The notes below the pieces were generated by a model, which was given only the letters and a program-made list of their open reading frames with translations, ran no database searches and was not told the DNA's origin. This document shows, one piece after another, positions 32,933 through 41,234 of a stretch of 64,000 nt of DNA. The DNA is from Bacteroidota bacterium. GTDB taxonomy: Bacteria > Bacteroidota > Bacteroidia > Flavobacteriales > Weeksellaceae. Location: the NCBI GenBank assembly GCA_023457935.1, contig JAEXBA010000019.1, forward strand, positions 2,515 through 66,514. Direction: 5' to 3'. Positions within the stretch are counted from its first letter, which is position 1, and each line of letters begins with the position of its first letter. The translations under genes were made by a program, and so were the position numbers.

Positions 32933-33379
32933 ATGAGTTTAGAAAATACCATCAACGAAGCCATTAAAACCGCAATGCGCGAGAAAGACAGAGTGGCTTT
33001 GGATTCTTTAAGAGCGGTAAAAGCACAGATTCTTTTACTAAAAACGGAAGCTAAAGGCGCAGAAGTTTCCCCTGAACAGGAAATCGCTATTCTTCAGCGC
33101 ATGATCAAGCAGCGTAAGGATTCTTACGAACAGTTTGCAGCCCAGGGAAGAACCGATTTGGCCGATGTGGAAGACGCGCAGATGAAAGTGATTGAGAAAT
33201 TTCTTCCGCAGCAGCTTTCTTCTGAAGAACTGGAAGCCGAAATCAGAAAAATCATCGCCGAAACGGGAGCTGAAAGCATGAAAGATCTCGGAAAAGTGAT
33301 GGGAACCGCTTCCAAAACGCTGGCAGGAAAATCCGACGGAAAATCCATTTCCGAAATGGCGAAAAAACTGCTTTCGTAA
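32933..33379 (+). CDS. GatB/YqeY domain protein
   Basis: MSLENTINEAIKTAMREKD...LSEMAKKLL is typical of YqeY-like proteins. Confidence 0.75.
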   Translation: MSLENTINEAIKTAMREKDRVALDSLRAVKAQILLLKTEAKGAEVSPEQEIAILQRMIKQRKDSYEQFAAQGRTDLADVEDAQMKVIEKFLPQQLSSEELEAEIRKIIAETGAESMKDLGKVMGTASKTLAGKSDGKSISEMAKKLLS

Positions 33380-33382
33380 TCT

Positions 33383-33454
33383 GTTCAATGTTTAAAGTTC
33401 AAAATTCTGGGTACCCTAACCTTGAACTTGTTGAACTTTGAACCTTGATCCTAA
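33383..33454 (+). repeat. inverted arrays of AACYTTG-type heptads around a GGGTACCC centre, after the yqeY-like gene
   Basis: Left arm GTTCAAT GTTTAAA GTTCAAA; centre GGGTACCC (33409-33416); right arm AACCTTG AACTTGTTG AACTTTG AACCTTG ATCCTAA. Confidence 0.8.
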
Positions 33455-33493
33455 ACAAGGATATTCAACCTTTGCATATCGATTTGATTGAGG

Positions 33494-33522
33494 ACCCGGA
33501 GTTTTTGCACTTCGGGTTTTTC
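33494..33522 (+). terminator. rho-independent terminator after the yqeY-like gene
   Basis: ACCCGGA/TTCGGGT stem followed by TTTTT. Confidence 0.6.
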
Positions 33523-33586
33523 TTGTCAAATTGTCACGATTGATAAATGGTATAGTTTTGATGGATTCTAAACAGCAGATTATTGC

Positions 33587-33594
33587 TAAATTTG
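33587..33594 (+). promoter_or_regulatory. -7 box for the bacilliredoxin-like gene
   Basis: TAAATTTG downstream of the yqeY terminator, 67 nt before the ATG at 33662. Confidence 0.4.
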
Positions 33595-33661
33595 CACTGC
33601 AGCCATCAATTATATCTGATTGCGCAGATTATTTAATTAAAACAACTAAAAAAGAATTCAT

Positions 33662-34072
33662 ATGTATCCACAGGAACTCGTAATGCCGATGAAGGCAGAG
33701 CTTACCGATAAAGGTTTTGAAGACCTTACAACTCCAGAAGCTGTAAACAGTGCCCTTTCGAAAGAAGGAACTACGCTTCTGATGATCAATTCCGTTTGCG
33801 GATGTGCGGCAGGAGCTGCAAGACCGGGCGTAATTTACTCTTTAACCGGAGAGAAAAAACCGGATCATTTAACAACAGTATTTGCAGGTTTTGATACCGA
33901 CGCTGTTTCAGAAGCAAGAAAACACCTTGCTCCGTTCCCGCCAAGCTCACCTTGTGTAGCGCTTTTCAAGGATGGAGAACTGGTTCATATGCTTGAAAGA
34001 CATCACATCGAAGGAAATCCTGCAGGCGCTATTGCAGCCAACCTACAGGCGGCTTACGAAGAATACTGCTAA
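33662..34072 (+). CDS. bacilliredoxin-like (BrxA/BrxB, DUF1094) thiol oxidoreductase
   Basis: 136 aa with a SVCGCAAG redox motif and an HHIEG motif. Confidence 0.7.
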   Translation: MYPQELVMPMKAELTDKGFEDLTTPEAVNSALSKEGTTLLMINSVCGCAAGAARPGVIYSLTGEKKPDHLTTVFAGFDTDAVSEARKHLAPFPPSSPCVALFKDGELVHMLERHHIEGNPAGAIAANLQAAYEEYC

Positions 34073-34091
34073 AAAAGTCAGAAAAATGATA

Positions 34092-34119
34092 AAAACCACT
34101 GATTCGGCGGTGGTTTTTT
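34092..34119 (+). terminator. rho-independent terminator after the bacilliredoxin-like gene
   Basis: AAAACCAC/GTGGTTTT stem followed by a T run. Confidence 0.65.
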
Positions 34120-34143
34120 GTTTCAGAAAATCTCACGTTTTAT

Positions 34144-34151
34144 TATATTTG
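34144..34151 (+). promoter_or_regulatory. -7 box for the GH3 gene
   Basis: TATATTTG, 5 nt before the ATG at 34157 and just after a terminator. Confidence 0.5.
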
Positions 34152-34156
34152 CCTTC

Positions 34157-35671
34157 ATGGCTACGAAAGCGCTTTTCAATTCGGTGGTAAACTGGTTCAT
34201 CAAACAGAGGATTGACCAGATTCAGAATTTCATGAACCATCCGATCGAAACCCAGAACGGGATTCTTTCTTCCCTGGTTTATCATGGTGAAGACACCGAA
34301 TACGGTAAAATTCACGGCTTCAGCGCTGTTTCCAATTATGAGGATTTCAAACGGAATGTCCCGATTGTTACTTACGAGGATTTTGAACCTTACATTGAAA
34401 AAGCGAGACAGGGACAGAAAGATATCATCTGGCCGGGATTGATCCGCCAGTTTGCCAAATCCTCCGGAACTACCAATGCGAAAAGCAAATTCATTCCAAT
34501 TACAGACGAAAGTCTTGAATACTGCCATTTTAAGGCCGGAAAAGACCTTGTTTCCATTTACGCGAACAATCATCCCGACAACCAGCTTTTTGCTTATAAA
34601 AACCTGCGTTTGGGCGGTTCTGCAGAAATGTATGAGCAGTTTAATACCAAATTCGGCGATCTTTCTGCCATTCTGATCGACAATCTGCCGTTCTGGGTTG
34701 AAATCACCACCATTCCCTCGAAAAAAGTTTCGCTGATGTCGGAATGGGAAAGCAAGCTGAAAGCCATCGTTTCGGAAGTAAAAAACGAGGAAGTCGGCAG
34801 TATCACCGGTGTTCCGAGCTGGATGATGGTTTTGCTTCAGCGTGTTCTGAAAGAAACCGGAGCCGGATCTGTTTCAGAAATCTGGCCGAATCTTGAAGTG
34901 TTTTTTCACGGCGGAATCAGTTTTAAACCTTACCGTGAGCAATACCGCCAGATTATCGGCAAAGACATCAATTATTACGAAATCTATAACGCATCTGAGG
35001 GATTTTTTGCCATTCAGGATCAGAAAGATTCCGATGAAATGCTGCTGATGCTGGATTACGGAATTTTCTATGAATTTATTCCGATGGAAGATTTCGGCAA
35101 GGAAAATCCGCGAGTTGTAGCTTTGGAACATGTTGAAACCGGAAAGAACTATGCAGTCGTCATCACTACCAACGGCGGACTTTGGCGTTATCTTATCGGC
35201 GACACGGTGATTTTTACTTCACTGAATCCTTTCCGAATAAAAATTTCAGGCAGAACCAAGCATTACATCAATGCTTTTGGTGAAGAACTGATGATCGACA
35301 ATGTAGAAAGCGCCCTGGATTTTGCCTGCACAGAAACAGGCGCACTGATTTCCGATTATACAGGCGCACCTATTTTTATGAACGGGAATGGCAGCGGTGC
35401 CCACGAATGGATTTTTGAATTTTCAAAGCAACCGTCTGATATTGAAACCTTTACAGATCTTTTCGACAAATATCTGAAATCGGTTAACTCCGACTATGAA
35501 GCAAAACGCTATCTTGACATGACACTGAAACGTCCGGTGGTAAGAATTGCAAAACCGAATCTTTTTTACAGCTGGATGGAATCCCGCGGGAAACTGGGCG
35601 GACAGAATAAGGTTCCGCGCCTCAGCAACGACCGCGAATACATGGATCCATTGCTGAAAATGAACGACTAA
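34157..35671 (+). CDS. GH3 (auxin-responsive promoter) family acyl-adenylate-forming enzyme
   Basis: SSGTTNAKSKFIP adenylation motif; length about 504 aa. The ATG at 34157 follows both a terminator (34092-34119) and a TATATTTG box. Confidence 0.75.
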   Translation: MATKALFNSVVNWFIKQRIDQIQNFMNHPIETQNGILSSLVYHGEDTEYGKIHGFSAVSNYEDFKRNVPIVTYEDFEPYIEKARQGQKDIIWPGLIRQFAKSSGTTNAKSKFIPITDESLEYCHFKAGKDLVSIYANNHPDNQLFAYKNLRLGGSAEMYEQFNTKFGDLSAILIDNLPFWVEITTIPSKKVSLMSEWESKLKAIVSEVKNEEVGSITGVPSWMMVLLQRVLKETGAGSVSEIWPNLEVFFHGGISFKPYREQYRQIIGKDINYYEIYNASEGFFAIQDQKDSDEMLLMLDYGIFYEFIPMEDFGKENPRVVALEHVETGKNYAVVITTNGGLWRYLIGDTVIFTSLNPFRIKISGRTKHYINAFGEELMIDNVESALDFACTETGALISDYTGAPIFMNGNGSGAHEWIFEFSKQPSDIETFTDLFDKYLKSVNSDYEAKRYLDMTLKRPVVRIAKPNLFYSWMESRGKLGGQNKVPRLSNDREYMDPLLKMND

Positions 35672-36015
35672 TCGGCTTTCTCAGCTTCCTTTTTATCAGA
35701 TTTTGCGGTTTCCTCCCTTTTCTTGTTTTCTTCTTCACGGGATTTGGCCTCTTCTTTCGCTTTGGTTTCGGCTTCCAGTTTTGCGGCAGCGGTCTCCATT
35801 GCAGCTTTTTTAAGAGAATCCTGATAGGCAGCGGAAGATTTTCTAATCTGTTCTGCCACATCTACCGAAATTGCCCCTGTTGAAAATGAATCCACGGCCG
35901 TCGTATCATAAGATGGCTGAACATAGGTCTGCTCGTTTTCGCTGTAATCTTTCTTCTTTGAACATGAAACCGAGAGCAGGGCGATTATCGCGGTAAAAGC
36001 TAAGAAATTCTTCAT
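35668..36015 (-). CDS. small lipoprotein with a Lys/Glu/Ala-rich tail
   Basis: MKNFLAFTAIIALLSVSC lipobox. The ATG sits 1 nt after the stop of the upstream EEP gene. The longer ORF-track version overlaps that gene. Confidence 0.55.
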   Translation of the reverse strand: MKNFLAFTAIIALLSVSCSKKKDYSENEQTYVQPSYDTTAVDSFSTGAISVDVAEQIRKSSAAYQDSLKKAAMETAAAKLEAETKAKEEAKSREEENKKREETAKSDKKEAEKAD

Positions 36016-36016
36016 A

Positions 36017-37006
36017 TTATTCAACAAATTTAAGTTCGGCAACCACCGGAAAATGATCAGAAAAACCAGTGTTCCGGTCAACATGATAAAAAACGGCTTC
36101 AAACTCTTTTGAACTGAAAATATAATCAATCCGAATGGGAAATTTATAATCGTGAAAACTGGTGGAGATACCTTTTCCGGACTGAAGAAAGGCATCATTC
36201 AGCAGATTCCTTATCTGGAAATACTCGTAAGAATTGGGAACAGCATTGAAGTCACCGCCTAAAATCACCGGATAAGGCGATGTTTTAATGAAATCCACCA
36301 CCTTTTTAATCTGATCCTGATGCGTTTTAAAAGTCGGAGCCATCCTTCTCACCAAATCTCTTGCCTTGTCTTCATTAACAGCATAATTCTGTGTTGGTTT
36401 CACCATCGATTTGGAAAGAAAATAAGGTTCCAGATACATGTTCACCAACCGTATTCTTCTGCCATCAATCTCAACATCTGCATATTGCGCTTCTCCCACG
36501 CCCTGTTTTGAAAGCACTGCTCCTTTTTCGATAATTTTATGTCTGCTGTAAATCATGGTTACCGGAAAGCCTTTGGAAATGAATTTCAGCTCTGAATTTT
36601 CTGCCGTTAATCCGCCCGCTTCCTGCGCAAAGATAAAATCGGCATCACTTTTATCAAGAAATTCACGGATATCTTTTTTATTGTCGTTGTAACCGTTCCT
36701 TACATTGAAGGTAACTGTTTTCAGGGTTTTATCTTTTTGCTTTGAAGAGGAATAATTGATCCACGGTTTTAACAGAGGAATCATGAGAAAAGATAAAGCA
36801 ACAAAAAAAAGCGCTCTCTTTTTCAATGAAAAAATCCAGTAAACACAAAGCAAACCATGTACGATTGCCAGGACCGGAAAACTCAGTGACAGAAAGTTGA
36901 AATAAGGAAAGACTTTTGGCGGAACAACACTGTTCAGATAAGTTCCAAAAATCGCCAGCAGAACGGCTAAATGGATGAAAAATAGGATTGTACGCAGAAG
37001 TTTCAT
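36017..37006 (-). CDS. membrane-anchored endonuclease/exonuclease/phosphatase (EEP) family protein
   Basis: About 3 N-terminal TM helices followed by an EEP-like domain (TFNVRN..., GGDFN, SDHFPV). Confidence 0.75.
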   Translation of the reverse strand: MKLLRTILFFIHLAVLLAIFGTYLNSVVPPKVFPYFNFLSLSFPVLAIVHGLLCVYWIFSLKKRALFFVALSFLMIPLLKPWINYSSSKQKDKTLKTVTFNVRNGYNDNKKDIREFLDKSDADFIFAQEAGGLTAENSELKFISKGFPVTMIYSRHKIIEKGAVLSKQGVGEAQYADVEIDGRRIRLVNMYLEPYFLSKSMVKPTQNYAVNEDKARDLVRRMAPTFKTHQDQIKKVVDFIKTSPYPVILGGDFNAVPNSYEYFQIRNLLNDAFLQSGKGISTSFHDYKFPIRIDYIFSSKEFEAVFYHVDRNTGFSDHFPVVAELKFVE

Positions 37007-37756
37007 CTACATAATTCTGAATCGGTTGATGTATTTTCTCCAGTATTTGGCCAGAAGCCAGCCGACAATTGCACCGCCAACGTGGGCAAAATGTGCGATA
37101 CCGGTTCCGTCTCCGGTAATTCCAAGGTACACGGAAACTACAATAACAATTGGCAGTAAAACCTTTGCTTTAATCGGAAAAGGAATGAACAGAAAAATAA
37201 GCTTTGCGTTCGGAAAAAGCGTTGCAAAAGCAGCCACTACACCAAAAATAGCGCCGGAAGCTCCCATCATCTGGCTGTTGAGCATCTGCCCAAGATGAAG
37301 CGCGGATGCATTTCTAAAAATCGACTGATCGCCGGTGTAATCCAGTGCCGCTTTACTGTATATTTCAGCAACGTTAATTCCCTGGCTTTCAATGATTTTC
37401 GTGATCTGCATGATTTCATAGAAATTCCAGACGTTGAACAGCAGAAAAGCACCGATTCCGCTCAGAAAATACAATAGTAAGTACCGTTTTTCACCCAAAG
37501 TTTTTTCAAGAACAGGCCCGAAACTCCACAGCGTCAGCATATTGAAAAGAATATGCATAATACCTATTCCATGCCCGAAAGGCGCATGCATAAACATATG
37601 CGTAATTACCTGCCAGATTCTGAAGTTCGGTGAAAAAGGATAATAGGCAGAAAGAATATTATACAGGAAATTAAACTGCGGAATATTGCTAATTACGTAA
37701 ATAATTGCATTGAGAATGATAATTGTCCGTGTTATCGGCGGGATATTTTTGAACAT
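37007..37756 (-). CDS. rhomboid-family intramembrane serine protease
   Basis: Polytopic protein with GASGAIFG (catalytic Ser) and a HxxxxHxxxN-like HMFMHAPFGHGIGIMHILFN motif plus AHVGG. Confidence 0.85.
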   Translation of the reverse strand: MFKNIPPITRTIIILNAIIYVISNIPQFNFLYNILSAYYPFSPNFRIWQVITHMFMHAPFGHGIGIMHILFNMLTLWSFGPVLEKTLGEKRYLLLYFLSGIGAFLLFNVWNFYEIMQITKIIESQGINVAEIYSKAALDYTGDQSIFRNASALHLGQMLNSQMMGASGAIFGVVAAFATLFPNAKLIFLFIPFPIKAKVLLPIVIVVSVYLGITGDGTGIAHFAHVGGAIVGWLLAKYWRKYINRFRIM

Positions 37757-37760
37757 TTTT

Positions 37761-39524
37761 TTAAAATTTATTTTTTAAGTCTTCCAAAGGAATTTCGAAA
37801 TAACATCTCTTTCCGTTCGGAAGATACTCGGGAAAACCAAGCACCGTGAAATCTCTGATAACATTCTCTGCATCAGCTTTATAAATGAAATCGAACCGGG
37901 ATTTGCTCTGCATCTTGTTCCATTGGTTTTCGTAGTAATTCATAAAATCGTCTTCGGTTCTGTACTCCATGATTTCGAATAGATTTTCTATGAATTTCAT
38001 GACCTGCGTTTCTTTCAGGCCTTCAGGAACCGCATCAATTCTCAGAACGTTTTCGTGTGCAGTTTTAATATCAAAACCAAGCTCAGGAAGGAATTTTTTT
38101 ATGGAACGGAACTTACTCTTTTCAATCTCGTTCATATGATACTCCAGCGAAAAAAGTAATGAATGTGCGGCATTGGAGCGCTTTTTTGTCTTGTTTTTCT
38201 CTGAAACAGTCAGGCGGTGCATTCTTCCCAGATCCAGCATCAGGGTTTTTTCTCCTTTATTGAACAGCCAGTAGCCATTGGGAAGACGCATCAGATCTTC
38301 ATCAAAATCTTCATCTTCAAAAAGATTGATTTTCGACGGTTCAGCAGAAATATTATGGTGATACATTTCCGCAAGATTCTGAATTTCCACCTGTTTTATG
38401 GAAACCTCATCTTTAAACGGATTGTAGTCCCGGTCAACCTTCACTTCCGGCATTTTAAAAGCGGTATTTGCTTTTGACGGCTGAAAAATGGTATCCATCT
38501 GCGGATCACGGTCAAAATCCAGACTTGGCGCAATGTTGTAAATTCCCAGTGCTTTCTTTATGGTGGAGCGGAGCAAAGCGAAAATAAGATGTTCATCTTC
38601 AAACTTTACTTCAGTTTTCTGCGGATGAATATTAACATCAATTTTGTCCGGATCCAGTTCAAGAAACAGAAAAAAAGACGGCAGATAACCCGGCAGAAGC
38701 AATCCTTCAAATGCTTCCTGAACAGCTTTATTCAGGTATGGACTTTTGAAAAACCGGCCGTTTACAAAAAGAAACTGTTCACCGCGAACCTTCTTAGCGC
38801 CTTCAGGTTTTGCAGCAAAACCGTGAAGTTTTACCCAGCCCAGATCTTCCTTTACGGGAATCAGCAGCGGCTGAAGCTTCCGACCGAATATATCGACAAT
38901 ACGCTGCATTTCAGACCCTTTTCGTAATCTGAAAACCGGATCGTCATCATGAAACAGCGAAAACTCCACGTTTTCATGCGCAAGCGCCACCCTTTGAAAT
39001 TCATCAATGATGTGGCGGAATTCTACATTATTATTCTTGAGGAACTTCCGTCTTGCCGGAACATTGTAAAAAAGGTTCTTCACCTGAAAACTGGAACCTT
39101 CTGCAGTCTGAACCGGTTCCTGAAACTGAAGCCCGCCGCCTTCAATATAAATATTGGTTCCGACGGTGTGGTCTTTCTGCTTCGTTTTCAGTTCCACCTG
39201 AGCTACTGCGGCAATGGAAGCCAATGCCTCTCCGCGAAAACCTTTGGTTGAAATCTTAAAAATGTCGTCAGTAGTGCGGATTTTGGATGTTGCGTGTCTT
39301 TCAAAAGCCATTCTGGCATCCGTATCGGACATTCCGCTACCGTTGTCCACCACCTGAATAAGATTTTTGCCTGCATCACGGATAATCAGTTCAATTTTGT
39401 CTGCACCTGCATCAATAGCATTTTCCAGCAGTTCCTTCACAATGGAAGCCGGCCGCTGAACAACTTCTCCGGCGGCAATCTGGTTGGCTACATGATCGGG
39501 CAATAACTGAATGATATCTGACAT
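37761..39524 (-). CDS. mutL: DNA mismatch repair endonuclease MutL
   Basis: MSDIIQLLPDHVANQIAAGEVVQRPASIVKELLENAIDA GHKL ATPase N-terminus. The start is at 39524 or 39530 (MEMSD). The longer ORF-track version runs through three tRNA genes. Confidence 0.93.
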   Translation of the reverse strand: MSDIIQLLPDHVANQIAAGEVVQRPASIVKELLENAIDAGADKIELIIRDAGKNLIQVVDNGSGMSDTDARMAFERHATSKIRTTDDIFKISTKGFRGEALASIAAVAQVELKTKQKDHTVGTNIYIEGGGLQFQEPVQTAEGSSFQVKNLFYNVPARRKFLKNNNVEFRHIIDEFQRVALAHENVEFSLFHDDDPVFRLRKGSEMQRIVDIFGRKLQPLLIPVKEDLGWVKLHGFAAKPEGAKKVRGEQFLFVNGRFFKSPYLNKAVQEAFEGLLLPGYLPSFFLFLELDPDKIDVNIHPQKTEVKFEDEHLIFALLRSTIKKALGIYNIAPSLDFDRDPQMDTIFQPSKANTAFKMPEVKVDRDYNPFKDEVSIKQVEIQNLAEMYHHNISAEPSKINLFEDEDFDEDLMRLPNGYWLFNKGEKTLMLDLGRMHRLTVSEKNKTKKRSNAAHSLLFSLEYHMNEIEKSKFRSIKKFLPELGFDIKTAHENVLRIDAVPEGLKETQVMKFIENLFEIMEYRTEDDFMNYYENQWNKMQSKSRFDFIYKADAENVIRDFTVLGFPEYLPNGKRCYFEIPLEDLKNKF

Positions 39525-39571
39525 TTCCATGAAAATTCCTACAAAAATAAACGAAAAAATCGGAAAACCTG

Positions 39572-39579
39572 CAAATATA
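39572..39579 (-). promoter_or_regulatory. -7 box for mutL
   Basis: TATATTTG on the minus strand, between the tRNA-operon terminator and the mutL start. Confidence 0.5.
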
Positions 39580-39619
39580 TCCGGTTCTAAGTTCATCATC
39601 AACCGCGCAAAGCTCCCAG

Positions 39620-39659
39620 CAACAAAAAACGCTGCCAATCTACAGATTAACAGCGTTTT
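39620..39659 (-). terminator. terminator after the tRNA operon
   Basis: AAAACGCTG/CAGCGTTTT 9-bp stem followed by a T run on the minus strand, directly after tRNA-Leu(TAA). Confidence 0.65.
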
Positions 39660-39662
39660 AAG

Positions 39663-39746
39663 TACCCCAGACGGGACTTGAACCCGTACGTCCTTGCGGA
39701 CACAGGATTTTAAGTCCTGCGTGTCTACCAGTTCCACCACCAGGGC
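39663..39746 (-). tRNA. tRNA-Leu (anticodon TAA)
   Basis: Hand-folded cloverleaf with anticodon loop CTTAAAA, T arm ACGGG/TTCAAGT/CCCGT and a long variable arm. 84 nt, no encoded CCA; the acceptor stem has G-U pairs. Confidence 0.85.
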
Positions 39747-39791
39747 GGGTAAAAAAAATAGAAGCTTCACAAAAAAACTTCTATTTTGTAG

Positions 39792-39864
39792 AGCGAAAAA
39801 CGGGATTCGAACCCGCGACCCCAACCTTGGCAAGGTTGTGCTCTACCAGCTGAGCTATTTTCGC
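39792..39864 (-). tRNA. tRNA-Gly (anticodon GCC)
   Basis: GCGAAAA/TTTTCGC acceptor stem, anticodon stem-loop CAACC-TTGCCAA-GGTTG, TTCGAAT T-loop and U73 discriminator. Confidence 0.9.
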
Positions 39865-39903
39865 AAAAAAAAATTTCTAAACGAATCTAGAAATTTTTCT
39901 GTG

Positions 39904-39985
39904 TGCGGATGAAGGGACTCGAACCCCCACGCCTCACGGCACCAGATCCTAAGTCTGGCGTGGCTACCAATTACACCACATCCGC
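39904..39985 (-). tRNA. tRNA-Leu (anticodon TAG)
   Basis: GCGGATG/CATCCGC acceptor stem, anticodon stem-loop CCAGA-CTTAGGA-TCTGG and a long variable arm; 82 nt. Confidence 0.9.
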
Positions 39986-40009
39986 CTTTTTAAAAGATCT
40001 TCTTCTTTT

Positions 40010-40017
40010 TTTGTGAG
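40010..40017 (-). promoter_or_regulatory. -7 box for the tRNA Leu-Gly-Leu operon
   Basis: TATATTTG on the minus strand, 24 nt upstream of the mature 5' end of tRNA-Leu(TAG). Confidence 0.55.
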
Positions 40018-40147
40018 TGCAAATATAACATAAATTTTTACTTCCAAACAAATTTTTTCTAAAAAAATTATTTATCCACAATCGCATGCAGCTTTTTCAG
40101 ATTTAAAATTCATTTTCATACTTTTACAATCTTAATTATTTAATGAC

Positions 40148-40534
40148 ATGGAATTACAGGGAACAGTAAAAAAAATAACTGATACACAGACGTTTGCCAG
40201 CGGTTTTCAGAAAAGAGAACTGATTCTTCTTACGCAGGAACAGTATCCGCAACCTATCAGTATCGAATTTCTTCAGGATAAAATAAGTTTGCTTGAGAAC
40301 ATCTCTGAAGGTGAAAATGTAAAAATCGGAATCAATATCCGCGGAAGAGAATGGACTTCGCCTCAGGGAGAAGTAAAATATTTCAACTCGATCACCGGAT
40401 GGAGAATAGAAAAAATGGCTGATTTCGGCAACGAACCTACTCAGGCCGCTCCTTCTACACAGGAAAAAGCAACACCGGCTTCTACGAATGAAAATCCTTT
40501 CGCAGAAGACGAGGATGATGATCTTCCGTTTTAA
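40148..40534 (+). CDS. DUF3127-like OB-fold-type protein with an SSB-like acidic C-terminal tip
   Basis: MELQGTVKKITDTQTFASGFQKRELILLT resembles DUF3127. It continues into a disordered P/T/A/Q linker and ends in EDEDDDLPF. Confidence 0.6.
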   Translation: MELQGTVKKITDTQTFASGFQKRELILLTQEQYPQPISIEFLQDKISLLENISEGENVKIGINIRGREWTSPQGEVKYFNSITGWRIEKMADFGNEPTQAAPSTQEKATPASTNENPFAEDEDDDLPF

Positions 40535-40595
40535 ACCCGGTAGATTAATAAGAACCTGAATCCTGCTTATTTTGAAGTGGGATTTCTTTTTACCT

Positions 40596-41234
40596 ATGTT
40601 TCTGCTCGACAAGAATATCATTGCATTTCCTGATCCGGAACTTTATCATCCGGAAGGCGGTCTAATTGCTGTTGGCGGCGATCTCTCTGAAGAAAGAATC
40701 CTTTTGGCTTATCAGTTGGGAATTTTCCCTTGGTTCAATCCGAGTGAAGAAATTCTCTGGTGGTGTCCCGATCCGCGATTTGTGCTGTTTCCGGACAGTC
40801 TGAAAGTATCAAAATCAATGAAAAAAATCCTTCAGAACGAAAATTTTAGTTTTACTGTAAACCAAGCGTTTGAAGAAGTGATTGAAAACTGCGAAAAAAT
40901 GCCGAGAAAAGGTCAGGACGGAACATGGCTTTCCAAAGAACTGCGGGATGTTTTTACCAATCTTCACCATAAAGGAATTGCGAAAAGTGTTGAAGTGTGG
41001 CAGAACGGAAAACTGGTTGGCGGTCTTTACGGCTTACAGTTCGGAAACGTTTTTTGCGGTGAAAGTATGTTTGCCAAGGTGAGCAACGCGTCGAAAGCAG
41101 GTTTTATCCATTTTGTTCAGAACAGTAAGTTTGAATTAATCGACTGCCAGGTTCATACCGCCCATTTGGAATCCTTGGGCGCAACCATGATTCCGAAGCA
41201 AAAGTATCTTGAAATTCTCAGAAAAAATTTATGA
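40596..41234 (+). CDS. aat: leucyl/phenylalanyl-tRNA--protein transferase
   Basis: GGDLS..RILLAYQLGIFPW, WWCPDPR and GESMF motifs. Confidence 0.88.
   Translation: MFLLDKNIIAFPDPELYHPEGGLIAVGGDLSEERILLAYQLGIFPWFNPSEEILWWCPDPRFVLFPDSLKVSKSMKKILQNENFSFTVNQAFEEVIENCEKMPRKGQDGTWLSKELRDVFTNLHHKGIAKSVEVWQNGKLVGGLYGLQFGNVFCGESMFAKVSNASKAGFIHFVQNSKFELIDCQVHTAHLESLGATMIPKQKYLEILRKNL

Noticed and set aside
35668-35671. Four-nt overlap of the convergent stop codons of the GH3 gene and the small lipoprotein gene.
   Set aside because: This is a trivial consequence of compact convergent genes, and no terminator or other structure is associated with it.
39525-39833. N-terminal extension of about 100 aa on the mutL ORF in the six-frame track (ORF 37761-39833).
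   Set aside because: The extension reads straight through tRNA-Leu(TAA), a terminator hairpin and part of tRNA-Gly. It lies upstream of the mutL -7 box. The canonical MutL N-terminus MSDIIQLLPDHVANQIAAGEVV begins at 39524.
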